NCBI GenBank assembly: GCA_035307105.1 | Contig: DATGMW010000181.1 | Coordinates: 3,706 to 67,705 of the forward strand | Reading direction: 5' to 3' | DNA: 64,000 nt | Source of the DNA: Flavobacteriaceae bacterium | GTDB taxonomy: Bacteria > Bacteroidota > Bacteroidia > Flavobacteriales > Flavobacteriaceae | Part shown: piece by piece, positions 28,913 through 38,538 of the stretch | Numbering within the stretch: the first letter of the stretch is position 1 | How the letters are laid out: each line of letters starts with the position of its first letter | Made by a program: the position numbers and the translations under genes | The notes under the pieces: model-generated | What the model was told of the DNA's origin: nothing | The model's database searches: none | The model's input: only the letters and a program-made list of their open reading frames with translations

Positions 28913-31768
28913 CTATGCTTCCATATATACTTCTATAGGATCGCAAGTACACATTAAGTTTCTATCGCCATAAGCTTCGTTTACTCTTCGAACGCTAGGC
29001 CAGAATTTATTTTGGTGTAAATAAGGAAGTGGGAAAGCAGCTTTTTCTCTACTATATGGGTAGTCCCAAGTATCGCTGGTAAGCATTCCCAAAGTATGAG
29101 GTGCGTTTCGCAACACATTGTTCTCTTCAGCTTCTGTTGCCTCTTGTACTTCTTGGTAAATAGATGCCATAGCATCACAGAATCTATCCAACTCTTCCTT
29201 GCTTTCGCTTTCTGTAGGCTCAATCATAAGCGTACCAGCAACTGGGAATGAAACCGTTGGTGCGTGGAATCCATAATCGATCAGTCGCTTTGCGATATCG
29301 GTTACTTCAATCCCATTGGCTTTAAACGGCCTACAGTCAATAATCATTTCGTGTCCAGCATGTCCATTCTCCCCTTCATACAATACCTGATATCCTGTTT
29401 TTGCTAGCTTAGCTTTAATATAGTTAGCATTAAGTATTGCTATCTCTGTAGCTCTTTGCAATCCAGATTGTCCTAACATAGTTATGTAACCATAGGATAT
29501 AATCGATACTAATGCACTACCCCATGGCGCCGCTGAAATTGCATAATCAGCCATTTCGCCACCTGTTTTTATAACTGGGTTGGAAGGTAAAAACGGCACT
29601 AGTTGCTCCGCAACACAAATTGGCCCTACTCCTGGTCCACCTCCACCATGTGGAATAGCAAATGTTTTATGAAGGTTTAAGTGACAAACATCTGCTCCAA
29701 TAATTCCTGGATGCGTAAGTCCAACCTGTGCATTCATGTTGGCACCATCCATATATACTTGTCCGCCGTGATCGTGCACTATCTGTGTAATTTCTTTTAT
29801 CGCAGATTCGTACACACCGTGTGTAGAAGGATAGGTAATCATTATTGCAGAGAGATTATCTTTATGCTCAACTGCTTTCTCGCGTAAGTCGTCTACATCG
29901 ATATTTCCGTTTTCGGTGGATTTAATCACTACTACTTTCATACCTGCCATAACTGCCGACGCTGGATTCGTTCCGTGTGCCGATGCTGGAATTAAACATA
30001 TATTACGATGGTGATCGCCACGAGATTCGTGGTATGCTTTTATAGCTAATAATCCTGCGTACTCACCTTGTGCTCCAGAGTTTGGCTGGATAGAAGTTGC
30101 TGCAAAGCCTGTGATAGTACTTAGTTGCTTTTCTAGCTTTTTAATCAGCTGTTGGTATCCTTCTGCTTGCTCAATTGGAACAAATGGATGGATGCTTCCC
30201 CATCGTGGGTCGGTTATCGGAAACATTTCCGTAGCGGCATTTAACTTCATCGTACAAGATCCCAAAGAGATCATAGAATGATTCAATGCTAAATCTTTAC
30301 GCTCTAAACGCTTGATGTAGCGCATCATTTCCGTTTCACTATGGTACGAGTTAAATACGTCTTGCTGTAAGAAAGCTTCTGTTCGCAGGGTAGATTCTGC
30401 CATAGCCTTTCTATCGGTAATCAATGTGGTTATCTTACTTGGCTCTTGTTTTACTGCCTCACCAAACACTGAAAGGATTTTATTTAAGTCTTTTAAGCTT
30501 GTCGTTTCGTTTACCGATATCGATACGGTATTTTCATTTGGGTAATAGAAGTTTATCTCTTTAGCCTCGGCTAAATACTTTACTTTACTCGCATCTGTTT
30601 CAATCTGAATCGTATCGAAGTAGTGTTTGTTTTTTTGTTTTAAACCTAAGCTTTCTAGTGCATCTGCAAGTGTTACTGCCGTAGCATGTACTTTATTCGC
30701 TATATAGGTAAGTCCTTTCGGACCATGGTACACGGCATACATTCCAGCCATTACAGCCAATAGTACTTGAGCGGTACAAATATTGGAAGTAGCTCTATCG
30801 CGTTTTATATGTTGCTCACGTGTTTGTAATGCCATGCGCAGAGCGTAATTCTCATCCATGTCTTTAGACACTCCGATGATTCTGCCAGGAATACTACGTT
30901 TATACTCATCTCTTGTGGCGAAATATGCTGCGTGTGGTCCTCCATAGCCCAATGGGATACCAAATCGCTGTGTGGTTCCCACTACAACATCTGCTCCAAT
31001 CTTCCCTGGCGCCTCAAGGCTAACCAAGCTAAGTATATCTGCAGCAAAAGCAATTTTAATCTCGGCATCTTTTGCTTTACTTATAAAGCTTTTATAGTCA
31101 TAAATTGCCCCGAATTTTCCTGGATATTGCAAAATAGCAGCAAAATACTCCTCACCAAAATCAAACGCTTCGTGATTGCCTACTACCACTTCAATATCTA
31201 TTGGTTCTGCTCTGGTTTGTAGCAGGGCTAATGTTTGTGGTAAAATCTCATCGGAAACGAAGAACTTATTGGCTTTTGCTTTCTTTTGTGCTCTGCTTCG
31301 TAACGCAAACAACATTGCCATAGCTTCTGCCGCTGCAGTAGCTTCGTCCAATAAGGAAGCATTGGCTAGCTCCATTCCTGTAAGTTCTGCTACAACGGTT
31401 TGGAAGTTTAATAAAGCCTCCAATCTACCTTGCGCAATCTCTGCTTGGTATGGCGTATAGGCAGTATACCAACCTGGATTCTCCAAAATATTTCGTTGAA
31501 TAACAGAAGGCGTGTTGCTTGCGTGGTAGCCTAGACCGATATAAGTTTTAAAAACTTTATTTTTAGAGGCTAAATCATTTACATGTTCGAGATATTCTTG
31601 TTCACTTAAACCATTGGCAATGTCCAATTGCTTATCAAGACGAATATTCGTAGGTATGGTCTCATCTATTAATTGAGAAATAGTGCTAACTCCAACGGTA
31701 TCGAGCATCTCTTGCACATCACTTGGACGTGGCCCAATATGCCGTAAGGTAAAAGAATCTGTGTTCAT
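28913..31768 (-). CDS. gcvP: Glycine dehydrogenase (decarboxylating), single-chain P protein
   Basis: 951 aa. N-terminal FTLRHIGP and the PLP-lysine motif HLNLHKTF. Confidence 0.97.
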   Translation of the reverse strand: MNTDSFTLRHIGPRPSDVQEMLDTVGVSTISQLIDETIPTNIRLDKQLDIANGLSEQEYLEHVNDLASKNKVFKTYIGLGYHASNTPSVIQRNILENPGWYTAYTPYQAEIAQGRLEALLNFQTVVAELTGMELANASLLDEATAAAEAMAMLFALRSRAQKKAKANKFFVSDEILPQTLALLQTRAEPIDIEVVVGNHEAFDFGEEYFAAILQYPGKFGAIYDYKSFISKAKDAEIKIAFAADILSLVSLEAPGKIGADVVVGTTQRFGIPLGYGGPHAAYFATRDEYKRSIPGRIIGVSKDMDENYALRMALQTREQHIKRDRATSNICTAQVLLAVMAGMYAVYHGPKGLTYIANKVHATAVTLADALESLGLKQKNKHYFDTIQIETDASKVKYLAEAKEINFYYPNENTVSISVNETTSLKDLNKILSVFGEAVKQEPSKITTLITDRKAMAESTLRTEAFLQQDVFNSYHSETEMMRYIKRLERKDLALNHSMISLGSCTMKLNAATEMFPITDPRWGSIHPFVPIEQAEGYQQLIKKLEKQLSTITGFAATSIQPNSGAQGEYAGLLAIKAYHESRGDHHRNICLIPASAHGTNPASAVMAGMKVVVIKSTENGNIDVDDLREKAVEHKDNLSAIMITYPSTHGVYESAIKEITQIVHDHGGQVYMDGANMNAQVGLTHPGIIGADVCHLNLHKTFAIPHGGGGPGVGPICVAEQLVPFLPSNPVIKTGGEMADYAISAAPWGSALVSIISYGYITMLGQSGLQRATEIAILNANYIKAKLAKTGYQVLYEGENGHAGHEMIIDCRPFKANGIEVTDIAKRLIDYGFHAPTVSFPVAGTLMIEPTESESKEELDRFCDAMASIYQEVQEATEAEENNVLRNAPHTLGMLTSDTWDYPYSREKAAFPLPYLHQNKFWPSVRRVNEAYGDRNLMCTCDPIEVYMEA

Positions 31769-31792
31769 TACAAAAGGGATTTATTTTGCGTA

Positions 31793-31800
31793 CAAAAATA
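31793..31800 (-). promoter_or_regulatory. Bacteroidota -7 promoter box (TATTTTTG) upstream of gcvP
   Basis: Matches TAnnTTTG on the minus strand; 24 nt lie between the motif and the gcvP ATG. Confidence 0.4.
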
Positions 31801-31918
31801 CAAATTTTATACGCTATAAACTCCTAAATAGGCTATGTAAAATAGACAAGAAAAGGTGGGGAAACGAGAAGATAATGTTACATAGGTTAATCCCTCCTAC
31901 AAAAAGATTAGGAGAAGG

Positions 31919-32170
31919 CTACATGTTGGTGCTTTTATTCAACTCAGAGTCAATATCCTGTTGCATTTTAGCTTTTGCTTCTGCATTTAGCCTTTTCATT
32001 TTTGAATCTACGTGTTGTGTGAGCTTACGATTATTTCGAACATAATCGCGACAGGTTTTACAAAAAACTAGATGTAATGCCAAACAAAGCTTGTCTCGAA
32101 AACTAGCTTCGTTATATTGTGCCTTATCACAAATCGTACAGGCACTATCACATTTTATAATTCGCAACAT
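31919..32170 (-). CDS. Small Cys-rich protein, putative soluble anti-sigma factor (ZAS-like)
   Basis: The ATG at 32170 lies 2 nt after the sigma-factor stop. The 83-aa protein carries C-x3-C-x2-C (KCDSACTIC) and C-x2-C (FCKTC), has no hydrophobic helix, and ends in a K/E-rich C-terminus. Confidence 0.45.
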   Translation of the reverse strand: MLRIIKCDSACTICDKAQYNEASFRDKLCLALHLVFCKTCRDYVRNNRKLTQHVDSKMKRLNAEAKAKMQQDIDSELNKSTNM

Positions 32171-32172
32171 AT

Positions 32173-32724
32173 TTAAATCCAATTTTTTTCTAGGCACTTT
32201 ACCATTGCTGTTCTAGCTCTATGGACGATTACCCATAGATTAGACGGAGTGATGTTAAATTCATTACAGATTGCTTCCGTTTCATAGTTTTCTATCGTTC
32301 GCAGTCGGAAGATTTCGGCGTGCTTTTCATCCAAGGTATCCAAGCACTCCAGTATTGCTGCACCTAATTCTTGATTTTCTATAGTTTCGTCTATAGTTAA
32401 ATTCCGCTCATCCTCTACTCGCTGCTCCAACCAATCGCCTTCTTGGTCTTCGTCGTACCAATCCACTCGCACCTCTGCAGAGCCTTTTATAGAGTTCTTA
32501 CGTCGATAATGATCTATTATCTTATGCTTTAGTATTGCTACCAGCCAAGTCCGTTCGGCAGACTTCCCCTGAAAGTTATCTTTCGAGCGAAGTGCGGCTA
32601 AAAAGGTTTCGGAAACAATATCCTGTGCCACTTCATGGTCGTTCACCCGCACAATGGTGTAATTGTACAAATAATTGGCGTATCGCTTCACCCATTTATT
32701 TGGATCTAGTTTAATCTCTGACAT
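32173..32724 (-). CDS. ECF-type RNA polymerase sigma-70 family factor
   Basis: Region 2 (AQDIVSETFLAAL ... WLVAILKHKIIDHYRR) and a region 4 HTH (ETEAICNEFNITPSNLWVIVHRAR); 183 aa. Confidence 0.9.
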   Translation of the reverse strand: MSEIKLDPNKWVKRYANYLYNYTIVRVNDHEVAQDIVSETFLAALRSKDNFQGKSAERTWLVAILKHKIIDHYRRKNSIKGSAEVRVDWYDEDQEGDWLEQRVEDERNLTIDETIENQELGAAILECLDTLDEKHAEIFRLRTIENYETEAICNEFNITPSNLWVIVHRARTAMVKCLEKNWI

Positions 32725-32795
32725 ATAATATACAGTGTCCTGTTTGGCTTCACAAGTTAGGGAAAACTTTGGAATTCAATAAAACGATTAGAAAT

Positions 32796-32829
32796 AAAAA
32801 ACGCTACTCCATATAGAGCAGCGTTTTTT
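32796..32829 (-). terminator. Intrinsic terminator after the acyl-CoA dehydrogenase gene
   Basis: 9-bp G/C-containing stem with one A.C mismatch (ACGCTACTC / GAGCAGCGT). On the minus strand it is followed by TTTTTTATTTC. Confidence 0.7.
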
Positions 32830-32846
32830 AAACTATTTATATCTAG

Positions 32847-33989
32847 TTAATCACGTAATAAGCCTCTAGAAATAACAATTTTTTGAATTTCGCTAGTTCC
32901 TTCGTATATCTGTGTGATTTTTGCGTCGCGCATAAGTCGCTCCACGTGATAGTCTTTTACATATCCATTTCCTCCATGTATCTGTACGGCCTCGGATGTA
33001 ACATCTACTGCTGTTTGAGATGCATATAGTTTTGCCATAGCACTACTCATATCATAATTACGCCCTTGATCTTTATCCCAGGCAGATTTCATGATTAAGT
33101 GTCTAGATGCTTCTATAGATACCAGCATATCGGCCAATTTAAACGCAATCGCTTGATGGTTGCAAATCGGTGTACCGAAGGCCTCTCTAATTTTGGAGTA
33201 ATCTCTTGCCAACTCATACGCACCAGATGCAATACCTAATGCTTGAGCTGCAATACCTATACGTCCACCGCTTAGCGTTTTCATAGCAAACGAAAAACCA
33301 AATCCGTCTTCGCCTATCCTATTTTCTTTAGGAACTTTTACATCATTAAAGTTTAAAGTGTGCGTATCGCTTCCGCGGATTCCTAATTTATCTTCTTTTG
33401 GTCCTACTTCAAATCCATCCCAACCCTTCTCAACAATAAAAGCATTGATGCCACGATGTTTCTTTTCTTTGTCTGTCTGTGCTATAATCAGATAGAAATC
33501 AGCAGAACTACCATTAGTAATCCAGTTTTTTGTGCCGTTTAGCACATAATGATCTCCTTTATCTATCGCAGTTGTACGCTGTGAAGTGGCATCACTACCA
33601 GCTTCTGGCTCGCTCAAGCAAAAAGCACCTAAAGCTTCACCTGTAGCAAGTTTTGTTAGGTATTTTTGTTTTTGTTCTTCTGTCCCAAAGGTCTCCAATC
33701 CCCAGCAAACCAATGAGTTGTTTACCGACATGATCACCGAGCACGAGGCGTCCACCTTGCTGATTTCCTCCATAGCCAATACGTAGGAGATAGTATCCAT
33801 ACCGCCGCCGCCGTATTTAGGGTCTACCATCATACCTAAAAAGCCTAGTTCGGCCATCTTCTTTACTTGTTCTGTTGGAAACATCTGATGAGTATCTCGC
33901 TCGATAACGCCAGGAAGCAATTCGTTTTTAGTGAACTCACGTGCTGCTTCACGTATCATTAGATGTTCCTCTGAAAGACTGAAGTCCAT
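32847..33989 (-). CDS. Acyl-CoA dehydrogenase (short/medium-chain type)
   Basis: 380 aa with the ACAD signatures CLSEPEAGSD and YEGTSEIQ near the C-terminus. Confidence 0.93.
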   Translation of the reverse strand: MDFSLSEEHLMIREAAREFTKNELLPGVIERDTHQMFPTEQVKKMAELGFLGMMVDPKYGGGGMDTISYVLAMEEISKVDASCSVIMSVNNSLVCWGLETFGTEEQKQKYLTKLATGEALGAFCLSEPEAGSDATSQRTTAIDKGDHYVLNGTKNWITNGSSADFYLIIAQTDKEKKHRGINAFIVEKGWDGFEVGPKEDKLGIRGSDTHTLNFNDVKVPKENRIGEDGFGFSFAMKTLSGGRIGIAAQALGIASGAYELARDYSKIREAFGTPICNHQAIAFKLADMLVSIEASRHLIMKSAWDKDQGRNYDMSSAMAKLYASQTAVDVTSEAVQIHGGNGYVKDYHVERLMRDAKITQIYEGTSEIQKIVISRGLLRD

Positions 33990-34271
33990 ATCTTATTTAA
34001 TTTTAGTTGATTTTTAATGTAAGTGGAGCAAAGATAGCTTTTTCTTGGAAAACCATCCATTTGAAATCCTGAAATCTTAGTAACCTAGAAATCAGAGGCC
34101 TTTCTCTAGCTATATATTAGATTCAAGTAGCAATACTGCCTTAAAATAAAATATATCCTCATTAAATTATAGCTCACCATCTACTATACTATATTTAGTG
34201 TGTATATTTAACGTTCTTATTCATCTGAAAACCAATCCTATTTCCAAACAACATCCTAATCCTATTATATC

Positions 34272-34793
34272 ATGAAAGCATTCTATTATTTATTTTTTTT
34301 AATTGCTCTTGGAGCCTGTAAAGCAAAGACAAAATCCAGCAGTCAAAATCCTACACCAACCATGAAATCTGAAGGCCCTAAAGACGGAAGTTGTACCGCA
34401 GAGCTGCAAGGGAGCAAACAACTTTTAATAAAAACAGAAGAAGCAACTGGCTACCTGTATCCCATAGTTACAGATGGAGACAACTTAGTGATTGTATATA
34501 GCTATAATAAAAATGCTCCCGAAGGCATTGCTGACGGGAATCACTCTGAAACGATTCATTTTGAAATCCCAAAAACAAGTAACAGTTTAAATAAAAAAGA
34601 CTTGGAACTAGCCGATGTAAAACTCTTGTATGGCAAACATTGCTTTTGCGAAGATGCAGGGTATTATGAGGTTTTAAACGGCGAGCTTTCCGTAATAAAA
34701 CAAGATTCAAAAATAAGCTTTGAGCTTTCATTTAAGATAGATGGTGTCGATTCAGAAATCCAACATATTAGCGAGACCGTAATTTTAAAATAA
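34272..34793 (+). CDS. Lipoprotein of unknown function
   Basis: Signal peptide with lipobox (IALGAC); 173 aa with no recognisable motif. Confidence 0.6.
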   Translation: MKAFYYLFFLIALGACKAKTKSSSQNPTPTMKSEGPKDGSCTAELQGSKQLLIKTEEATGYLYPIVTDGDNLVIVYSYNKNAPEGIADGNHSETIHFEIPKTSNSLNKKDLELADVKLLYGKHCFCEDAGYYEVLNGELSVIKQDSKISFELSFKIDGVDSEIQHISETVILK

Positions 34794-34820
34794 AAAAACC
34801 ACTTTCTTACAAAATTTAAA

Positions 34821-34857
34821 GAGTGCTACTTTTCTAGTCCTTAGAGAAGCAGCACTC
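34821..34857. terminator. Bidirectional hairpin between the convergent lipoprotein and protease genes
   Basis: Outer 7-bp stem GAGTGCT / AGCACTC plus an inner 8-bp stem (one G.T pair). On the minus strand it is followed by TTTAAATTTTG. Confidence 0.6.
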
Positions 34858-34884
34858 CTTAAATATATTATCTCATCGATTAAT

Positions 34885-37143
34885 TTATCGCTTTATCCAT
34901 TGTTTTGTTACAGATTTGCCACCATTTTTAATCACTACGAAATACACGCCAGACTTGACTTCTCGATAATCTAAGTCCAATTTTAATACAGAAGATATCT
35001 CTTTATAAACCTCATGTTTAATGCGTTTTCCTTTAATATCATATAACATTACATCTACATAATCTATTGCATCGGGGGCGAACGCAATGTGAAGGTTTCC
35101 ATCGGATGGATTCGGATACATTAAAAAATCATTTGTTTCATAATCGGTTATCCCCATCGATCTAGTTATGGTAATATTGCTATTGTTTATGTCATAGAAT
35201 ATATTATCGGATGCTTTTATCTTTACTCTAGCCGTAGTCACCTCTTCATCGGGAACCGTTATAATAGCACTTCCCACATTTGGCACATTCTGAGCTAAAC
35301 TTATTGGGTAGGTATATCCGCCATCGAGTGAGAGCAGAATATCTACATGGGTACAATTAATTGGTGCAATATCCGTATCGGCCACTTCCCAAGTTATTGT
35401 CTCCTCGGTATTTGTACCCCAGGTTGTTGCGCTATTTTGCGAGGTTATCTCGAAAGGGCCTGCATCTTCACTAACTGTAACCATCATATCATCTCTTGCC
35501 GTAGCACCTCCTCCTGCTCGATTATCGCGAACGGTAAGCATAAAGTCTATAGTTCTCGCTACAGAAGGCAGCACTTCCCACGTATTTTGGGTGTTACCAA
35601 CCAATACTGTCTCTAATTTAGGGAAGTATCGAAAAGAGTCCTCTGTTGGTTCTATGGAGCGAAACAATGGTCCTTGAACACTACTGCTTACCGGCGGTTG
35701 TTGTGCTATCTGGTTATCGATCTGCTCCCAAACATAAGTTACCACATCGCCGTCTGGATCAGTTGCAGTACCATCCAAAATAAATGGAGTGGACTTAGGT
35801 ATAGTATAGTTAGCACCCGCATCCACTACAGGCGCTTGATTATTTATAATTGTTTCTATTGCACATAAACTATAATTGGTAATATTCATCCACATCTCTT
35901 GGATGCTTACTGTATGGAAGTAAGCGTCACTGCCAAGCTGCACGTTTTGTGGCGTACAAATCCCCGCATAGCCCATAATAGTAGAAGCACTTCCTGGTTC
36001 TACGGCAGTAGCATTATTTCTATTTCTTCCGCCACAGGATCCTGCACTACCATTGAAAGTATGATTGGCTCCAAACTGATGTCCCATTTCGTGGGAAACA
36101 TAATCTATGTAAAACGGATCGGCAATAGGGTTGGTTAAGCCAGTCACTCCTCCGGCTTTATAATAAGTATCACAAACCGAACCTAAATAAGCAACGCCTC
36201 CACCGCCAGTGCTAAACACATGGCCTATATCATAGTTAGCATTACCTATAATATTATTTATAGTAGTTCTATTTTCCCCTAACATGTTGGAGGCACTATT
36301 ATTTGAGTATGGATCGGAAGCTGCGTCTAAAAAGATCAACTCATCATTGTTTTCTACAAGCTCCATAGTAACGGATAAATCCCGCTCAAAAACACCATTT
36401 ATTCGTGTCATTGCCACATTCATTTCAGAAAGAACTGCTTCTTTCTTTTCGTATTCGGTGGCAGTTGCAGGAATTTGTTGGCGATTTAGATGAAAGTTGG
36501 AATATTGTCTTGTACAAGCTAAGGCTAATCGATAGGTGCGAAGTACGCCATCATCTGCAGCATACGTTTGCGTTTCCATTTCTCCTCTAACATTTTGAGC
36601 ATTTCCCTCGACCAAGCATTGAAAAGTATCTTCTCTAGACAAAAGTGAATTAGTGGTATAAACACTATAGGATTTATTGTCCTTTGTATATGGATCTATG
36701 TATATGGTAGAGAAGCTACCCGAACTTATCATGGCATGTACTCCTATATTGGATACGCTGATTCTAGCAATTGCTGTTGGGTCATCTAAGCCCTGTGCGA
36801 CGTACGCCTGGATACTCGGATATTTTTCTTGAAGCGATAGCGCCATTACAGGAGCATTAAAAACCATAAAACGTTGCATCTCGCCATCGCCTACCGGCAA
36901 ACTCACCACCACATCCGAAGTATGGGAGTAGCGATTTGGTGCTTTCTTAAGCTCTCTCTTAAAACCTGATGTATGCAATGCATACAAATCAAAAGATGTA
37001 AGCTCACTACCTCTTTCAGATAGCGCCTTATTTTTCAATTTATTTACAGTGGTTTTCTCCCAAAAGGAATTTTGCGCACTCCCTTCTAAACCGGTTAGTA
37101 AGAAAGCACTAAACAATAGTATAACTAAAACATTATTCCTCAT
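34885..37143 (-). CDS. Secreted reprolysin-like (M12B-type) zinc metalloprotease with a T9SS C-terminal sorting domain
   Basis: Signal peptide; extended zinc motif HEMGHQFGANH. The C-terminal ~80 aa (YPNPSDGNLHIAF ... GVYFVVIKNGGKSVTKQWIKR) matches the pattern of T9SS type A CTDs. Confidence 0.85.
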   Translation of the reverse strand: MRNNVLVILLFSAFLLTGLEGSAQNSFWEKTTVNKLKNKALSERGSELTSFDLYALHTSGFKRELKKAPNRYSHTSDVVVSLPVGDGEMQRFMVFNAPVMALSLQEKYPSIQAYVAQGLDDPTAIARISVSNIGVHAMISSGSFSTIYIDPYTKDNKSYSVYTTNSLLSREDTFQCLVEGNAQNVRGEMETQTYAADDGVLRTYRLALACTRQYSNFHLNRQQIPATATEYEKKEAVLSEMNVAMTRINGVFERDLSVTMELVENNDELIFLDAASDPYSNNSASNMLGENRTTINNIIGNANYDIGHVFSTGGGGVAYLGSVCDTYYKAGGVTGLTNPIADPFYIDYVSHEMGHQFGANHTFNGSAGSCGGRNRNNATAVEPGSASTIMGYAGICTPQNVQLGSDAYFHTVSIQEMWMNITNYSLCAIETIINNQAPVVDAGANYTIPKSTPFILDGTATDPDGDVVTYVWEQIDNQIAQQPPVSSSVQGPLFRSIEPTEDSFRYFPKLETVLVGNTQNTWEVLPSVARTIDFMLTVRDNRAGGGATARDDMMVTVSEDAGPFEITSQNSATTWGTNTEETITWEVADTDIAPINCTHVDILLSLDGGYTYPISLAQNVPNVGSAIITVPDEEVTTARVKIKASDNIFYDINNSNITITRSMGITDYETNDFLMYPNPSDGNLHIAFAPDAIDYVDVMLYDIKGKRIKHEVYKEISSVLKLDLDYREVKSGVYFVVIKNGGKSVTKQWIKR

Positions 37144-37327
37144 TGCACATTGATATTTTCACACTCTAATGTGTAAATATACTCGATTTTTCCTTTTTCA
37201 CATAGCTTTAACTACTTAAAAGCCAATTTCATAAATAAATTGATACTTAAAAGCATCGAATAGAAAGGTTTCCGAGTATTAGTTTTATAAATTAGCCTAT
37301 TGAATTCAAAAGAGCAAACAGAACATT

Positions 37328-38377
37328 ATGACTTCATATTATGTATTAGGAATGATGAGTGGCACCTCCTTAGATGGCTTAGATTTCGCTTATGTAAGAA
37401 TTGATTTTGCATACAAACAATGGCGATATGAAATACTCCACACAGAAACATTGGATTATACAGAAGAGTGGCAAGCACTGCTAAAAAACAGTATTCTACT
37501 TGACGAAGTGGCGCTTAATAATTTGGATGAAAAATACTCTAGGTATTTAGCAAGGCAGGCTGAAAGGTTTATTGAAGAAAATAAAATAATAAAATTAGAT
37601 ATTATATCCAGTCATGGGCACACGGTAAAACACCGTCCTGATTTAGGTTACACCACCCAAATAGGGAATCTTCCAGAGTTTGCGAATGCTTTTGATATTC
37701 CTGTAATATGCGATTTTCGAACGCAAGACGTTGCTCTTGGCGGTCAAGGTGCTCCTTTGGTTCCTATTGGCGACAGACTTTTATTTTCTGAGTATACTTA
37801 TTGTCTAAACCTCGGAGGCATTGCCAATATCTCCTTCGAACAAAACGAAGAGCGAATCGCGTACGACATTGGTGCGGTAAACATGATATTGAATCATTAT
37901 GCAAATAAATTAGGACAAAAATTCGATAAAGGAGGAATGCTTGCAGCTAGTGGCAAATTAGATAAGTCGCTACTTGATAAATTAAATAGCCTAGCATTTT
38001 ACAACAAACCACCTCCTAAATCATTGGGTCGAGAATGGGTAGAGGAAAAGGTATTCCCAATGCTTACTAATAGTAAACTACCCCCAAAAGACATACTACA
38101 TACCTACACCATTCATATTGCAAATAAAATAAGTGGATCTGTAAGGGACAACAGTCGCGTTCTTGTAACCGGTGGTGGCGCATACAATGACTTTCTAATC
38201 CAATGTCTAAGCCAGGAAGTAAAATGGGTTATTCCAAAAAAAGAAGTGGTAGAGTTTAAAGAAGCGCTAGTTTTCGGGTTATTGGGTGTTTTGAGACATA
38301 GAGGGCAAGTTAATTGCTTAAAAAGTTATACAGGTGCTAGCAGAAATCATAGTTCTGGCAAATGCTATGGCACCTAG
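37328..38377 (+). CDS. anmK: Anhydro-N-acetylmuramic acid kinase
   Basis: N-terminal GMMSGTSLDGLD and C-terminal VTGGGAYN. Confidence 0.9.
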   Translation: MTSYYVLGMMSGTSLDGLDFAYVRIDFAYKQWRYEILHTETLDYTEEWQALLKNSILLDEVALNNLDEKYSRYLARQAERFIEENKIIKLDIISSHGHTVKHRPDLGYTTQIGNLPEFANAFDIPVICDFRTQDVALGGQGAPLVPIGDRLLFSEYTYCLNLGGIANISFEQNEERIAYDIGAVNMILNHYANKLGQKFDKGGMLAASGKLDKSLLDKLNSLAFYNKPPPKSLGREWVEEKVFPMLTNSKLPPKDILHTYTIHIANKISGSVRDNSRVLVTGGGAYNDFLIQCLSQEVKWVIPKKEVVEFKEALVFGLLGVLRHRGQVNCLKSYTGASRNHSSGKCYGT

Positions 38378-38538
38378 TAAGTGCAAAAGCGTTAACTTAC
38401 ACACAAAATAAACTATATCTAAGGTACTTAGTAAAATACTATGTAGAATTGGTTTAGTTTTGTTACTTTTAGCATCGAAAATTATACACCCGCGTATAAT
38501 ATTTGTATTATAAATCGTTATTATTTAAAACAGAAAAT

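Noticed and set aside
28803-28952. N-terminal extension of the KAS III ORF (track start 28952) overlapping gcvP.
   Set aside because: The extension runs through a strong gcvP terminator hairpin and a -7 promoter box, and it adds a non-homologous 50-aa leader. The ATG at 28802 gives the canonical MKVFITGSG start.
31769-31918. Glycine riboswitch upstream of gcvP.
   Set aside because: Reading the minus strand, I could not find the conserved glycine-aptamer core elements (for example the ACCGAAGG-type segments). The region is short, AT-rich, and has a -7 box close to the ATG.
31683-32045. 120-aa plus-strand ORF spanning the gcvP start, the intergenic region and the small Cys-rich gene.
   Set aside because: It overlaps two better-supported minus-strand features and has no motif.
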